Shown: positions 38,885-49,709 of the stretch, one piece after another
Layout: the number at the start of each line of letters is the position of its first letter
Position numbering within the stretch: the stretch's first letter is position 1
Assembly: GCA_963723045.1 (NCBI GenBank)
Contig: CAVROU010000001.1
Coordinates: forward strand, 45,216-109,215
Origin: an uncultured Solirubrobacterales bacterium
Lineage (GTDB): Bacteria > Actinomycetota > Thermoleophilia > Solirubrobacterales > Solirubrobacteraceae
Direction of reading: 5' to 3'
Length of the DNA: 64,000 nt
Program-made: the position numbers and the translations under genes
Notes under the pieces: generated by a model
Told to the model about the DNA's origin: nothing
The model's input: only the letters and a program-made list of their open reading frames with translations
The model's database searches: none

Positions 38885-39480
38885 CTAGACGGAGAGCAGG
38901 TCGACGACGAAGACCAGCGCCGAGTTGGGCGGGATCGTCGGGGGCGAGCCCTGCGCGCCGTAGGCGAGCGGTGCGGGGATGATCAGCTCGCGTCGGCCGC
39001 CGACCTTCATGCCGGCGACGCCCTGGTCCCAGCCGGGGATGACCTTGCCTTCGCCGAGCGTGAAGCTGAACGGTTCGCTGCGCTTCCACGAGGCGTCGAA
39101 GGTTTTGCCGTTTTTGTAGAGCACGCCCACGTAGTTGACGGTGACGGTGTCGCCGCCTTGGCTTCCGGCCCCGTGCCGACGATGAGGTCCTTCGTGACGA
39201 GCTTCGTCGGGGGTGCGCCCTTGGGCGGTGTGACGGTCGGCTCGGTGGAGAGCGGCCCGCTGGTGGGGGTAGTGCCGGTGGTGGCCGTCGAGGAGGTGCT
39301 CGACTTGGCGATTTCGGTGGCCGCGTTGGGGTTCTCCTGGCCGACGCCGATCGAGCTGCTTGAGCCGCTGGAACCGCAGCCGGCGACGAGCACGGCGGTC
39401 GTGGCGAGCGCTGCGAGGGCCACGCCGGGGCGCAGCGGGCGCAGGGAGTGTGGGTGAGAGTCGCTCAAATGGTTCATCAC
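38885..39480 (-). CDS. FKBP-type peptidyl-prolyl isomerase lipoprotein (1-bp frameshift near 39155)
   Basis: VAGC lipobox, KDLIVGTG, FDASW, VIPGWDQG, GGRRELIIPAPLAYG, IPPNSALVFVVDL. Confidence 0.9.
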
Positions 39481-39641
39481 GGCGGGCAGCCTAGCGGAAT
39501 GAGAGGCGCATGTGGGCGGTTGGCTCTCAGCCTGCGCGATCGGTTCGCGGCCTTGCGCCGCAGGTGGGCGGTCCCGGCGGAATCGCGTACACGCGGAGGG
39601 CGGTGTACACGTGGAGGCGGCGCGTCTCTATCATGTTCCGC

Positions 39642-39914
39642 GGACCGTGCTAGGCGGGGAGGTAGCGGTGCCCTGCACCCGCAATCCGCTCTAGCGGGGC
39701 TGAATTCCTCTCCGAGGGGTTCCACCCCCGGTTGCTCCGCTGTCTGGGGCGTCGATGGCTCGGGTCCCGCGCGGTGTCGGCTTGTGAATCAGGTCAGGTC
39801 CGGAAGGAAGCAGCCTTAGCGATCCCCGGCAGGCGCAGCGGGCGCTCCCGATCCGGAGTCGCATGTGGCGGTAGGCGCCGGAGGGCGAGAGCTTCGACGA
39901 GGGGTGCACGGTCC
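39642..39914 (+). ncRNA. ffs: Signal recognition particle RNA, large (Alu-domain) type
   Basis: Helix-8 motif TCAGGTCCGGAAGGAAGCAGC; 5' GCGGGGAGGTAGCGGTGCCCTG..GCAATCCGCTCTAGC like Bacillus scRNA; GGACCGTGC/GCACGGTCC end pairing; -10 TATCAT at 39629. Confidence 0.92.
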
Positions 39915-39979
39915 ACTTCGCGACCCCCGCGTGGGTGTTGCGCGCCGTCTGGCCCGTCTTCACGGCCCGTCCCCAGCGG

Positions 39980-40033
39980 GGTGAGGCTCTACGCAGCGCG
40001 GTGAGGCTCTACGCAGCGAGGTGAGGGCTCTAC
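39980..40033. repeat. ~20-bp tandem repeat, about 2.7 copies
   Basis: GGTGAGGCTCTACGCAGCG units at the 3' end of 39989-41491. Confidence 0.8.
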
Positions 40034-41491
40034 GGGGAGGCCGACGCAGCGCCGGTAGACCAGCCACGAGCGGTTGGTCGCGGCGAGCGCGAACCCGGGC
40101 GGGACCGTCGCGGTGAGCCGGCCGGGGTCGTGGAGGTCGAGGATGTAGTCGTTCTTGACTTCCGCGCTGGCCGGCTGCACGTAGGTGCCACGGGCGATGG
40201 TGCGCGCCTGCGCGCTCACCACGTCCGCGGGCGAGGTCTTCAGTTCCAGCGCCAGCAGTGGGATGGGGCGGTGGTTGGGCACGCCCACCGGGCCGCAGCG
40301 CAGCGAGATGGCGCCGGAGTGCACGAGCGCCACCAGGTCGCGCTGGATCGACTGCTGGCGCGCGAGCGCGTCGAGTTCGTGGTGCAGGCGCGGTACTGGG
40401 CGGGGGCGTAGGCGAGCAGCGCGAGCGCCACCACCGCACCGCCCGCCATCCACGGCCGCCGCCGGCGGTCGCCGGCGGGCAGCTGGGTCCAGCCGAACAC
40501 GCCGGCGCCGCAGAAGATGCACAGCACGGCCGCGCCGAGGAAGGCGTAGCGCGTGTTGATTGGCAGCCCCGCGGTGGCGAAGGCCGCGAACACCACCACC
40601 GCCACGACTCCTACCACAGCGCCGGGGCGCGAGCGGCGGGGCAGCCACAGCAGCCCGAGCACCCCGCCGAGCGCCGCGCCGAGCAGCACGGGCGGGCGCA
40701 GGATTTCCCCGAGGCGCCGGGGGATGTACTCGGGGACGTTCGCAATCCCGGTCGACGCGCTCCAGTTCGCGTGCGGTGGCGCGCGTGTTCGTGAGCGACC
40801 ACAGCGGCTGTCCGGTGACCAGCCAGTCGCTCAGCACCCACGCCAGCGGCGCCGCGCAGGCGAGCAGCGCGAGGCGGGCGAGCCCAGCGGTGTCGGAGCG
40901 GCGGGGTGCCGCGCCCGCGCCGCGCGCCAACGGCGAGGTAGAGCCAGTAGAGGCCCGAGAAGACCCACGCCTCCGGGCGCAGCAGCCCGGCGAGCGCCAG
41001 CAGCGCGAGCACGAGCGCCGGCCTCTGGCGCCGCGGGCGGACGCACGGCGAGGAGCACGCGCGCCGAGCACGAGCACGAGGTAGGGCACGTCGATATATG
41101 CACGCACTCCATAGGAGACCACGGGCACGCGCGTGAGCAGCAGCAGCGCTGCGAGCGCGCCGGCGGCGCGGCCGAACCACAGCGCGCCGAGGCGGTAGAC
41201 GACCCAGCCGAGCGCTGAGAGCGCGATGAAGGCGATCGCGACGGTGACGCTCTGCGTCGCACGGGGGCCGAGCGGGGAGAGGATAAAGCCGAGTGCCTCC
41301 ACGAGCGGGTGGGGAGTTGGGGCGACGGGGATGCCGTACTGCGGGGTCTCGCCGCGGGCGAGCTGCTGGCCCCAGACGAGCGCGTAGAGGGTGTCGTAGT
41401 TAGCGAACCCCACCCCCGCGACCACGCGCAGCAGGACGGCACCGAGCAGGATCGCTGGCAGCGCGCCAAAGCGCTTCAACTGGGCGTCCAC
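39989..41491 (-). CDS. GT-C/ArnT-like membrane glycosyltransferase (several frameshifts)
   Basis: NYDTLYALVWG, PTPHPL, LAGLLRPEAW spread across three frames. Confidence 0.65.
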   Translation of the reverse strand: MDAQLKRFGALPAILLGAVLLRVVAGVGFANYDTLYALVWGQQLARGETPQYGIPVAPTPHPLVEALGFILSPLGPRATQSVTVAIAFIALSALGWVVYRLGALWFGRAAGALAALLLLTRVPVVSYGVRAYIDVPYLVLVLGARAPRRASARGARGRRSCSRCWRSPGCCARRRGSSRASTGSTSPLARGAGAAPRRSDTAGLARLALLACAAPLAWVLSDWLVTGQPLWSLTNTRATARELERVDRDCERPRVHPPAPRGNPAPARAARRGARRGARAAVAAPPLAPRRCGRSRGGGGVRGLRHRGAANQHALRLPRRGRAVHLLRRRRVRLDPAARRRPPAAAVDGGRCGGGARAARLRPRPVPRLHHELDALARQQSIQRDLVALVHSGAISLRCGPVGVPNHRPIPLLALELKTSPADVVSAQARTIARGTYVQPASAEVKNDYILDLHDPGRLTATVPPGFALAATNRSWLVYRRCVGLPVEPSPRCVEPHRAA

Positions 41492-41546
41492 GGGGGCGGA
41501 CGCTACCCAGTCGAGCGCCCGGAGGGGGCCGGGGTAGACTCAACCG

Positions 41547-43691
41547 GTGGTGTCAGAAACGCTCCCAGAGTCGCCCATGCAGGCATCCGCGAGACCCGCT
41601 GCGCCGGCCGAGCCCGCATCCGCGCCGCCCTCCACGCCAATTGAGCAGGCTCCCGCGCCGGGCGCGCTCCCAGAGCAGGCCGAGCGGCCCTCCCTCTACC
41701 GGCGCCACCGCCCGCGGAGCTTCGCCGAGGTGGTGGGCCAGGAGGCGGTGGTGCGCACGCTGCGCCATGCGGTGGAACGCGGGCAGGTGCACCACGCCTA
41801 CCTGTTCGTGGGCAGTCGCGGGACGGGGAAGACGTCGATGGCGAAGATCCTCGCGGCGTGCCTGAACTGCGAGCGCGCGCCCACGGTTGAGCCGTGCGGG
41901 AGCTGTGAAGCGTGCCTGGGCATCGCCCGCGCGAGCTCGCTGGATGTGATCGAGATGGATGCGGCGTCGAACAACTCGGTGGATGACATTCGCGAGCTGC
42001 GCGACTCGGTGGCCTATGCGCCGGTGAGCGGGGGGCAGAAGGTGTACATCCTCGACGAGGCGCACATGCTCTCGACGGCGGCGTGGAACGCGTTCCTGAA
42101 GACGCTGGAGGAGCCGCCGCCGCGGACGGTGTTCGTGCTGGCGACGACCGAGGCGGCGAAGGTGCCGGCGACGGTCGTGGATCGCTGCCACCGCTTCGAC
42201 TTCCAGCGTCCCACGGTGGAGCAGCTGGCGGCGGTGGTGCGGCGTGCGGCGCAGGCCGAGTCGATCGAGATCCCCCCCGAGGCGGTGGCGGCGGTGGCGC
42301 GCGCGGCCACGGGGAGCTTTCGCGACGCGCTGGGGACGCTGGAGCAGCTCGTCACCTACAGCGGTCCCACGATCGCCCTGGAGGACGTGCTGGCGGTGCT
42401 GGGCGTGACGGACACGACGGTCCTCGAAGAGCTGCTGGAGGCGGTGCAGGCGGGCGACGCGCGCGCGGTGCTGCTCGCGCTGGGGGCCTGCGCGCAGAGC
42501 GGCCGCGACGCGGGCGCTCTGGCGGGCGATCTGGAGGTGCGCGTGCGCGAGCTGCTCGTCGCGCAGGTGCTTGGTGAGGTGCCCGACGAGCTGGCGCTGA
42601 CACCCGAGGCCGACGCACGCCTAAAGGCACAGTCGGGACGCCTGAGCGCGAGCACGCTGGTGCGCCTGCTGGAGCTGCTCGCCGGGGCGCTCGAGGCGGT
42701 GCGTGCGGGAGCGGACCCGCGTACACAGCTGGAGCTGGCGCTCGTGAAGGCCGCGCGGCCCGAGCTCGACACCTCGACGAAGGCGCTCACGGCGAGGATC
42801 GAGCGGTTGGAGGGCCGGCCGGCCGTTGAGAGGGGAGAAGGGCCGCCACAGGCGGCCAGCGATGGCCGCGTGGCGGGGGCGTCGACGGCGCGCGAGGGGT
42901 CGGCGGCCGCAGCGTCCACGCCGGCGGATGGGCCTGTGAGCCCGACGGTCGAGGAGTCCACGCCTGCCGAGCCACCGTCTTCGCCGGATGGGCCCAAGCA
43001 CGCGACGGTCGAGAAGTCCACGCCTGCCGAGCCACCGTCTTCGCCGGATGGGCCCAAGCACGCGACGGTCGAGAAGTCCATGCCTGCCGGGTCGCCTCCG
43101 ACGGCACCTGGACCAGCGCCGACGCCCGGGCCTCCGGCGGCAGCTGGACCCGTGTCCAGGTCTGTCACCGACGCGCCACCCGCGGGGGCTCCCACGCCGG
43201 CGGGTACCCCGGCACTGGAAGAGCCTGCCCCGCCTCCCGCGCTCGCCGACTCGCCCGCAGACACCCCGTCGGAAACCGAGCTCGACTCGCTGGAGTCGCT
43301 CTGTGAGCTGTGGCCGGCGGTGGTGGAGGCCGTACGCGCGCCCAATGCAATGCTCGCCGCTGCGATCGCCGCCGCCCGGCCGGTGGAGCTCTCCGGCGAT
43401 GAGCTCCTGGTGGCGTTCGACTCCGATGCGTCCTTCATGATGAAGAAGGCCGACCACCCCGACAATCGCACGCTCGTCGCGCAGGCGCTGCGCGAGCTCA
43501 CGGGTCGGCGACTGCGGCCCGCGTATGAGCTGCGCGCCGATATGGCCGCCGTCGCGGGCGCGCCGGCCGGCGGGTACAGCGAGGAGGAATGGGTGGCACG
43601 CTTCATGGACGAGCTCGACGCCGAGGAGCTTCCCGGCGACGAGACAGCCGCCCCCCACGAGGCCATTGTCCCCAGCGAGAAAGCCGAGTAG
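41547..43691 (+). CDS. dnaX: DNA polymerase III subunit gamma/tau
   Basis: LYRRHRP, GSRGTGKT, Zn Cys cluster, EMDAASNNSVDDIR, DEAHMLS, LKTLEEPP. Confidence 0.97.
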   Translation: MVSETLPESPMQASARPAAPAEPASAPPSTPIEQAPAPGALPEQAERPSLYRRHRPRSFAEVVGQEAVVRTLRHAVERGQVHHAYLFVGSRGTGKTSMAKILAACLNCERAPTVEPCGSCEACLGIARASSLDVIEMDAASNNSVDDIRELRDSVAYAPVSGGQKVYILDEAHMLSTAAWNAFLKTLEEPPPRTVFVLATTEAAKVPATVVDRCHRFDFQRPTVEQLAAVVRRAAQAESIEIPPEAVAAVARAATGSFRDALGTLEQLVTYSGPTIALEDVLAVLGVTDTTVLEELLEAVQAGDARAVLLALGACAQSGRDAGALAGDLEVRVRELLVAQVLGEVPDELALTPEADARLKAQSGRLSASTLVRLLELLAGALEAVRAGADPRTQLELALVKAARPELDTSTKALTARIERLEGRPAVERGEGPPQAASDGRVAGASTAREGSAAAASTPADGPVSPTVEESTPAEPPSSPDGPKHATVEKSTPAEPPSSPDGPKHATVEKSMPAGSPPTAPGPAPTPGPPAAAGPVSRSVTDAPPAGAPTPAGTPALEEPAPPPALADSPADTPSETELDSLESLCELWPAVVEAVRAPNAMLAAAIAAARPVELSGDELLVAFDSDASFMMKKADHPDNRTLVAQALRELTGRRLRPAYELRADMAAVAGAPAGGYSEEEWVARFMDELDAEELPGDETAAPHEAIVPSEKAE
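42926..43089 (+). repeat. In-frame 60-bp tandem repeat inside dnaX
   Basis: TVEKSTPAEPPSSPDGPKHA unit, about 2.7 copies. Confidence 0.9.
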
Positions 43692-43694
43692 CCG

Positions 43695-44060
43695 ATGCCC
43701 CAGCCCAAGAAGCCCAAGCCCAGTGCGAAGCCCAACATGCAGCAGATGCTCCAGCAGGTGCAGCGCATGCAGCGCGACATGGCCTCCGCGCAGGAGGAGC
43801 TCAAGCGTGAAACCGTCGAGGCCTCCGCGGGCGGGGGAATGGTGAGCGTGCAGGTCACCGGCGCCCTGCAGGTCACCTCCGTGAAGATCGACCCCGGCGC
43901 GGTGGACCCCGAGGATGTGGAGATGCTCAGCGACATGGTCCTCGCGGCCGTCAACGAGGGGCTGCGCGCGGCGCAGGAGATGGCGGCCAAGAAGATGGGC
44001 GCGATCACGGGCGGCCTGGATGCCGGTGGCCTGGGGGGCCTCGGCCTGCCGGGTTTGTAG
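43695..44060 (+). CDS. ybaB: YbaB/EbfC nucleoid-associated protein
   Basis: VEASAGGGMVSV...DVEMLSDMVLAAVNE; sits between dnaX and recR. Confidence 0.95.
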   Translation: MPQPKKPKPSAKPNMQQMLQQVQRMQRDMASAQEELKRETVEASAGGGMVSVQVTGALQVTSVKIDPGAVDPEDVEMLSDMVLAAVNEGLRAAQEMAAKKMGAITGGLDAGGLGGLGLPGL

Positions 44061-44150
44061 GGCCGCCGGCGATCTGGATGCCGGTGGCCTGGGGGGCCTC
44101 GGCTTGCCGGGTTTGTAAACCCCCGGTGACCTGGATGCCGATGGTCTGGC
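44016..44150 (+). repeat. Tandem duplication of the ybaB 3' end
   Basis: CTGGATGCCGGTGGCCTGGGGGGCCTCGGC(C/T)TGCCGGGTTTGTA twice (period 58) plus a decayed third start. Confidence 0.9.
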
Positions 44151-44228
44151 CTGTCGGTCATAGGACCTGGCGCATCGCATTCGCGCGCTGCCTCCGGTCC
44201 CGTCGGCCGGGCGTCCTAGGGTAGGCAC

Positions 44229-45017
44229 GTGAACACCTTCGCGCCACCCGTCCAGAAGCTCGTCACCGAGCTTGCGCGTCTGCCCGGCATCGGCCAGCGC
44301 ACCGCCCAGCGCCTGGCCTTTCACCTGCTGCGCGTTTCCTCCGAGGAAGCCCTCGACCTCGCCGAGGCGATTCGCGAGGTGAAGGAGAAGATCGGGCTCT
44401 GCGAGGTCTGCTTCAACCTCGCCGACTCCCCGCGCTGCCGCATCTGCGAGGACCCTCGCCGCGACCACTCGCTGATCTGCGTGGTGGAGGAACCGGGCGA
44501 TGTGATCCCGATGGAGCGCACGCATGAGTTCCACGGCGTCTACCACGTCCTTGGCGGCGCGCTCAGCCCGATCGACGGCATCGACCCCGAGGACCTGAAG
44601 GTGGCCGAGCTCTACGCGCGCGTCCTCGCCCCCGTGCCCTCGCCCTCATTCGCCGCCGCCGCACGCGGCTCGGGCGCCGACGACGCGGCCCTGGCGCACA
44701 CGCCGTCCACTCCCGCCGCCGAGCCGGGTGCGGCAGCCCAGCTCACCTCCCACGACGCGGCACCCGGCGGAGCCCCTTTAGGGGCGGAGCTCTCATCCTT
44801 TTCGGGCTCTCATCCTTCGGTGCGCGAGGTGGTGCTCGCCACCAATCCCACCACCACCGGCGAGGCCACCGCGCTGCACATCGCCGCCGGCCTGCGTGAG
44901 CGCCTGCCCGAGCTGCGCGTCACGCGCCTTGCCTCCGGGCTGCCCGTGGGGGCCGATCTGGAGTACGCGGATGAGGTGACGCTCGGCAAGGCGCTCGCCG
45001 GGCGGCGTTCGCTGTAG
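44229..45017 (+). CDS. recR: Recombination mediator RecR
   Basis: [14 protein letters not shown]4 zinc finger, [25 protein letters not shown]. Confidence 0.97.
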   Translation: MNTFAPPVQKLVTELARLPGIGQRTAQRLAFHLLRVSSEEALDLAEAIREVKEKIGLCEVCFNLADSPRCRICEDPRRDHSLICVVEEPGDVIPMERTHEFHGVYHVLGGALSPIDGIDPEDLKVAELYARVLAPVPSPSFAAAARGSGADDAALAHTPSTPAAEPGAAAQLTSHDAAPGGAPLGAELSSFSGSHPSVREVVLATNPTTTGEATALHIAAGLRERLPELRVTRLASGLPVGADLEYADEVTLGKALAGRRSL

Positions 45018-45061
45018 CCGCCCATCGCTGCGTCGGGCCCTCGCGCGGCTATCCTGCCTGC

Positions 45062-46333
45062 GTGTCCGAGCTGATCGTGATGAAGTTCGGCGGCACCTCC
45101 GTCGCCGACGCCGAGCGCATCAAGCGCGCCGCCGCGCGCATCGTCGCCAAGCGTCGTGCCGGGCTGCGCGTCGTCGCCGTGCTCTCCGCGCGGGGCTCCA
45201 CCACCGACGAGCTGATCGCCGCCGCCGAGGAGGTCTCCGCGACGCCCGATCCGCGCGAGATGGACATGCTGCTCTCGACCGGCGAGCGCATCTCCTGTGC
45301 GCTCTGCGCGATGGCCATCCACGATCTCGGCCACCGCGCGATCTCGCTCACGGGCTCGCAGGCGGGGATCGTCACCGACGAGTCGCACACACGCGCGCGC
45401 ATCATCGACGTGCGCGCCGAGCGCATCCAGGCGGCGCTGGAGGAGGACTCGATCGTGCTGGTGGCCGGTTTTCAGGGCATCTCCTCCTCCGGGCGCGACG
45501 TCACGACGCTCGGGCGTGGCGGGTCTGACACGACCGCCGTCGCCGTCGCCGCCGCGCTGGGCGCGCACGTATGTGAGATCTACACCGACGTGCCCGGCGT
45601 CTTCAGCGCCGACCCGCGCATCGTGCCAAACGCCCGCAAGCTCCCCCAGGTGTCCTTCGAGGAGATGCTCGAGATGGCCGCCTCCGGCGCCGGCGTCCTA
45701 CAGCTGCGCTCCGTCGAGTACGCGCGCAACCACGGCGTGCGCATCCACTGTCGCTCCTCTTTCTCAGAGGAGCCAGGTACGGTTGTGGTCGACGAGGCCG
45801 ACACCATGGAGCAGCCCCTCATCACAGCCGTTACCCACTCCACCTCCGAGGCCCGCCTCACGCTGGTGGGCGTTCCCGACGAGCCGGGCGCCGCGGCGCG
45901 CATCTTTGCGGCGCTCGCCGAGGGCGGCGTGAACGTCGACATGATCGTCCAGAACGAGCCCTCCTCCGCGGGTGGGCTCGCCGAGATCTCCTTCACGGTC
46001 CCGCGCGAAGACCTGCTCGATGCGCGCTCCGCACTCGCGCCGCTGCAGGGCGATGCCTTCGCCGAGTCCTCAGCGCACGAGGAGATGGGCAAGGTCTCGA
46101 TCGTCGGCGCCGGCATGCGCTCGCACCCCGGTGTCGCCGCCCGCGTCTTCGCCGTGCTCGCCGAGGAGTCGATCAACATCGAGATGATCTCCACCTCGCC
46201 GATCAAGATCTCCTGCGTGATCCCCCGCGCTTCGGTGGCGCAGGCGGTGCAGGCGCTGCACGCCGCCTTCGAGCTCTCGGGGCCCGACGCGATCGCCGTC
46301 GAGGAGCCATTTCGCCCGCGCGGCGCGGTGTAG
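45062..46333 (+). CDS. lysC: Aspartate kinase
   Basis: [34 protein letters not shown] domains. Confidence 0.97.
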   Translation: MSELIVMKFGGTSVADAERIKRAAARIVAKRRAGLRVVAVLSARGSTTDELIAAAEEVSATPDPREMDMLLSTGERISCALCAMAIHDLGHRAISLTGSQAGIVTDESHTRARIIDVRAERIQAALEEDSIVLVAGFQGISSSGRDVTTLGRGGSDTTAVAVAAALGAHVCEIYTDVPGVFSADPRIVPNARKLPQVSFEEMLEMAASGAGVLQLRSVEYARNHGVRIHCRSSFSEEPGTVVVDEADTMEQPLITAVTHSTSEARLTLVGVPDEPGAAARIFAALAEGGVNVDMIVQNEPSSAGGLAEISFTVPREDLLDARSALAPLQGDAFAESSAHEEMGKVSIVGAGMRSHPGVAARVFAVLAEESINIEMISTSPIKISCVIPRASVAQAVQALHAAFELSGPDAIAVEEPFRPRGAV

Positions 46334-46642
46334 ATCTTCTTCGGCTGAGTCCAGAAGTTCAACCCTATGGAAACACCTCCCTACAGCGGGCGGAGTTGCC
46401 AGATAGTCCGATCTACCTGCCGCTCGGGGTATTTGGAGCCTATGGAGACTCCCACCGCCTGCGGACTTGCGGCGAGCTTGTAAATTTCGCTTGCACTTTG
46501 CCTCGAAACCTGCGAGCTTTCCAGCCTGAGGTTCGGCGCACGAGGGGTGCCCCGGCTTTGAAGACCAGCAGTTGGGGCCTCCTATCCAGGGGTGGCCCGT
46601 AGCGACGAGCAAGGAAGCGGAGAGCAAGGAGGCCGGTACCAA

Positions 46643-48172
46643 ATGAGCGGCGAGACCACCGAGGTCGAGCAGCAGCAGGCTCCATGGAGCGATAGCTGGA
46701 CGCCCCCCTCGCGGGGGCTGAGAGGGTTGGGGGCAAGGCGGCGCGGGGGCATGGGCATGGCCTCGCAACCGCAGATCACCGAGACGCGCGGCCCGGCCGC
46801 CTCGATGCTGCGTGACGCGCTCTTCCGCCGCGTGCTGCTCGTCGCCGACGTCGTCGCGATCGCCACGGCCTTCGGGCTCACCGTGGGGCTCTCCTCACGC
46901 TCGCTGCAACTCACCTGGGCGAGCGTCGCCGGGCTGCCGATCCTGCTCGTCTGCGCAAAGCTCTTCGGGCTCTACGATCGCGACGAGACGCTCCTGCGCA
47001 AGACCACCCTCGACGAGGCGCCCAAGCTGCTGCAGGTAGCCACCCTCTGCGCGCTCGTCGCCTGGCTCGCGGGCGGCCTGCTCGTATACGGCACGCTCGA
47101 CCGTCACGAGGCGCTGTTTTTGTGGCTCGCGCTGATCGTGCTCCTCGTGCTCGCGCGCGCCGTCGCCCGCTCGATCGCGCTGCGCCTGGCTCCCGCCGAG
47201 CGCTGCCTGTTCATCGGCGATGCCCTCTCCGCGGAGGCGATCCGCGCGAAGCTCGAACACCGCTGCGGCATCAAGGCCACGATGGTCGCTCAGATCGACC
47301 TCGACAAGACAGCCCCCTGGTCGACCGACAACTTCTCCGCTCCCCGCCTCACCGAGATCCGCGACCTCGCGCGCTCGCTGGACGTGCACCGCGCGATCGT
47401 CGCCCCGCGCTCCGCCGACGCCGGCGAGACGCTCGATCTGGTGCGCACGCTGAAGGCCGTCGGTGTGCGCGTCTCCGTGCTCCCGCGCCTGCTCGAGGTC
47501 GTCGGCTCCTCGGTCGAGTTCGACGACCTGCACGGCATCACCGTGATGGGCGTGCGCCGCTTCGACCTCACCCGCTCCTCCGCGGCCGTCAAGCGCGCCT
47601 TCGACCTCACCGGCGCGACCCTCGGCCTCGTCGCCGTCGCCCCGCTGATGCTCGTGGCGGCGGCTGCGATCAAGCTCGACTCGCGCGGCCCCGTCTTCTT
47701 CCGCCAACTGCGCGTCGGCCAGCACGGCGAGCGCTTCTACATGCTCAAGTTCCGCACGATGGTTCCCCAGGCCGAGGCGATGAAGGACTCGCTGCGCCAC
47801 CGCAACGAGGCTCAGGACGGCTTCTTCAAGATCGCCGACGACCCGCGCGTCACGCGCGTGGGGCGCTTCCTGCGCAAGTCCGCCCTCGATGAGCTCCCGC
47901 AACTGATCAACATCGTGCGCGGCGAGATGTCTTTGGTGGGTCCGCGCCCGCTGGTCGTCGAGGAGGACCAGCGCATCGAGGGCTGGCACCGCCGGCGCCT
48001 GGAGCTCATGCCGGGCATGACCGGTCACTGGCAGATCCTCGGCCCCGCGCGCGTGCCGCTGCGCGAGATGGTCGCGATCGACTACTTGTACGTAGCCAAC
48101 TGGTCGCTCTGGACCGACGTGAAGATTCTCCTGCGCACCGTCCCGCACGTCGTCGGACGCCGCGGGCTCTGA
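46643..48172 (+). CDS. Polyprenyl glycosylphosphotransferase (WcaJ/WbaP-like sugar transferase)
   Basis: [39 protein letters not shown]; AAGGAGG RBS. Confidence 0.95.
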   Translation: MSGETTEVEQQQAPWSDSWTPPSRGLRGLGARRRGGMGMASQPQITETRGPAASMLRDALFRRVLLVADVVAIATAFGLTVGLSSRSLQLTWASVAGLPILLVCAKLFGLYDRDETLLRKTTLDEAPKLLQVATLCALVAWLAGGLLVYGTLDRHEALFLWLALIVLLVLARAVARSIALRLAPAERCLFIGDALSAEAIRAKLEHRCGIKATMVAQIDLDKTAPWSTDNFSAPRLTEIRDLARSLDVHRAIVAPRSADAGETLDLVRTLKAVGVRVSVLPRLLEVVGSSVEFDDLHGITVMGVRRFDLTRSSAAVKRAFDLTGATLGLVAVAPLMLVAAAAIKLDSRGPVFFRQLRVGQHGERFYMLKFRTMVPQAEAMKDSLRHRNEAQDGFFKIADDPRVTRVGRFLRKSALDELPQLINIVRGEMSLVGPRPLVVEEDQRIEGWHRRRLELMPGMTGHWQILGPARVPLREMVAIDYLYVANWSLWTDVKILLRTVPHVVGRRGL

Positions 48173-48276
48173 GCCTCGTCGGGGGGGTTCGCGTCGGCGC
48201 GGGCCGCCATCCGGCACATCGCCACGACGGCGCCTGCCACTGTCAGCCATACGCTGGGGATCAGGACGAAGAGCAT
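48082..48276 (-). CDS. Small single-TM protein
   Basis: MLFVLIPSVWLTVAGAVVAMCRMAARAD; 3' end overlaps the convergent gene. Confidence 0.4.
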   Translation of the reverse strand: MLFVLIPSVWLTVAGAVVAMCRMAARADANPPDEAQSPRRPTTCGTVRRRIFTSVQSDQLATYK

Positions 48277-48376
48277 ACGATCACCTGTGGTTCGAGGTCT
48301 CCAAGGTCTATTCCTTCTATCGGACGCCTGCGGCCACTTCTTGATTGCCCCTCCAAAGGGGGGCCAAAACGTCCGT

Positions 48377-49162
48377 TCATTCGACGATCACGCCGAACTC
48401 CTGGCTGTACACAGCGCCAGGGTTGCCGTTCCCGAGTGAGCTGGGCACCGCGGGTGCCACGCCCATGCCGGTGTCGCGGTAGCTGGAGTCGAGGATGTTC
48501 GCGAGGTGCTCTGGCGAGGCCACCCACGCGGCCACGATCGCCGCGGGCGTGGAGAGCTGCAGGGTGCCCCAGGCGATGTTCTCGCCCACCGTGTAGCCAT
48601 CCTGTTCGTTGGGCAGATATCCGGTTTCTCTGACACGCTGCAGCGGCGTCTCGCCGCCGGGGGAGACGTGCGCGAAGTAGTCATCGCTCACCATTTCGCG
48701 GCTGTGTTCGAGCGCTGCTTCCTGCAGGTCCGCGTTCTGTCGCAGCGGCAGCTCGCCGTTGCGCGCGCGCACCTGGTTGATGAGGCACAGCGTCGCCGCC
48801 TCGACCACGTCGACATTGCCCGCTTCGGGACGCACTTCGGTGTTCGTGCAGGGAGTGGCCAGCACCTGGGCGATCACCGCGGCGTCGCTCTGCGCGCCGT
48901 CGGCCGGAGCCGTGGGTGCCGTGCGGGGGGCACTCCGGTGCTCGGCCTTGAGCCGGTGATGGCGGCGGTGGTAGGCCTGGGTTCCGTGCGCCGCGCGCCG
49001 GCACTTCGCATGCAAGGCGCCCCGCGCCACATGGCGCGCGGCAAGGCTAGAGGTGTGGCAGCGATGGTGTGTGGAGTGCGCTTGTGCCGTCGCGGCGGCT
49101 CCTAGCACGAGCAGCGCCGCCACCAGGAGGACTGTGAGGAACTTGCGGAGGTGGTAGCCCAC
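48377..49162 (-). CDS. CAP/SCP domain secreted protein
   Basis: CLINQVR, HSREM...YFAH, GENIAW, W.ASPEHLANIL. Confidence 0.92.
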   Translation of the reverse strand: MGYHLRKFLTVLLVAALLVLGAAATAQAHSTHHRCHTSSLAARHVARGALHAKCRRAAHGTQAYHRRHHRLKAEHRSAPRTAPTAPADGAQSDAAVIAQVLATPCTNTEVRPEAGNVDVVEAATLCLINQVRARNGELPLRQNADLQEAALEHSREMVSDDYFAHVSPGGETPLQRVRETGYLPNEQDGYTVGENIAWGTLQLSTPAAIVAAWVASPEHLANILDSSYRDTGMGVAPAVPSSLGNGNPGAVYSQEFGVIVE

Positions 49163-49307
49163 ACCGTTGCCATCGGGTCATCCGTTGCAGCGCTAAAGAA
49201 CTTGGAGCCCCGTTTGGACAGGTAGGGTGCTCACCCCATGATCTCTGCGGCCTTATGCTGTGCGCCGTGGGGGAGTCCTACGCAGCCACCCGCTCCTTGG
49301 TCTACCG

Positions 49308-49709
49308 ATGAGGCGTCCGTGGCTGCTCGTGGCGCTGGTGCTCGCCGTCGGCGCCGCCGGCTCGGTCGTGGCGCTCGGCGCGCGCGAAGGCAACCCCCAG
49401 TTCGTCTCCGCCCAACAGTCGCTCACGCCGGTGGGCGCGCCCCAGCTGGAGCACCTTTTGATGAGCACCTCCGACCCGCGCCCCGGCTTCAGCGGTCGCG
49501 CGCGCGGCGCGCGCTGCACGAGCGCGACGGCCAACTCGGCGCTGGGCAACCCCTGGACCTGCGTGGTGCGCTACCCCGTCCTCCCGCGCGTGCGCTACGC
49601 GGTGGTGGTCCACTCCGACCGCTCCATCCAGGGCTCCGGTCAGCCGGAGGGAGCGCCCGTGCATGGCGCCTTGATTGTCAAAGGCTGCTGCGTGGCCCAA
49701 ACGCCCTGA
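49308..49709 (+). CDS. Secreted hypothetical protein
   Basis: Signal peptide; four Cys. Confidence 0.65.
   Translation: MRRPWLLVALVLAVGAAGSVVALGAREGNPQFVSAQQSLTPVGAPQLEHLLMSTSDPRPGFSGRARGARCTSATANSALGNPWTCVVRYPVLPRVRYAVVVHSDRSIQGSGQPEGAPVHGALIVKGCCVAQTP

Noticed and set aside
42926-43089. CRISPR-like repeats, or a programmed dnaX frameshift
   Set aside because: In-frame coding repeats without spacers; no A-AAA-AAG slippery site seen
46334-46640. Riboswitch upstream of the sugar transferase
   Set aside because: No recognisable aptamer consensus by eye; an Rfam search would be needed
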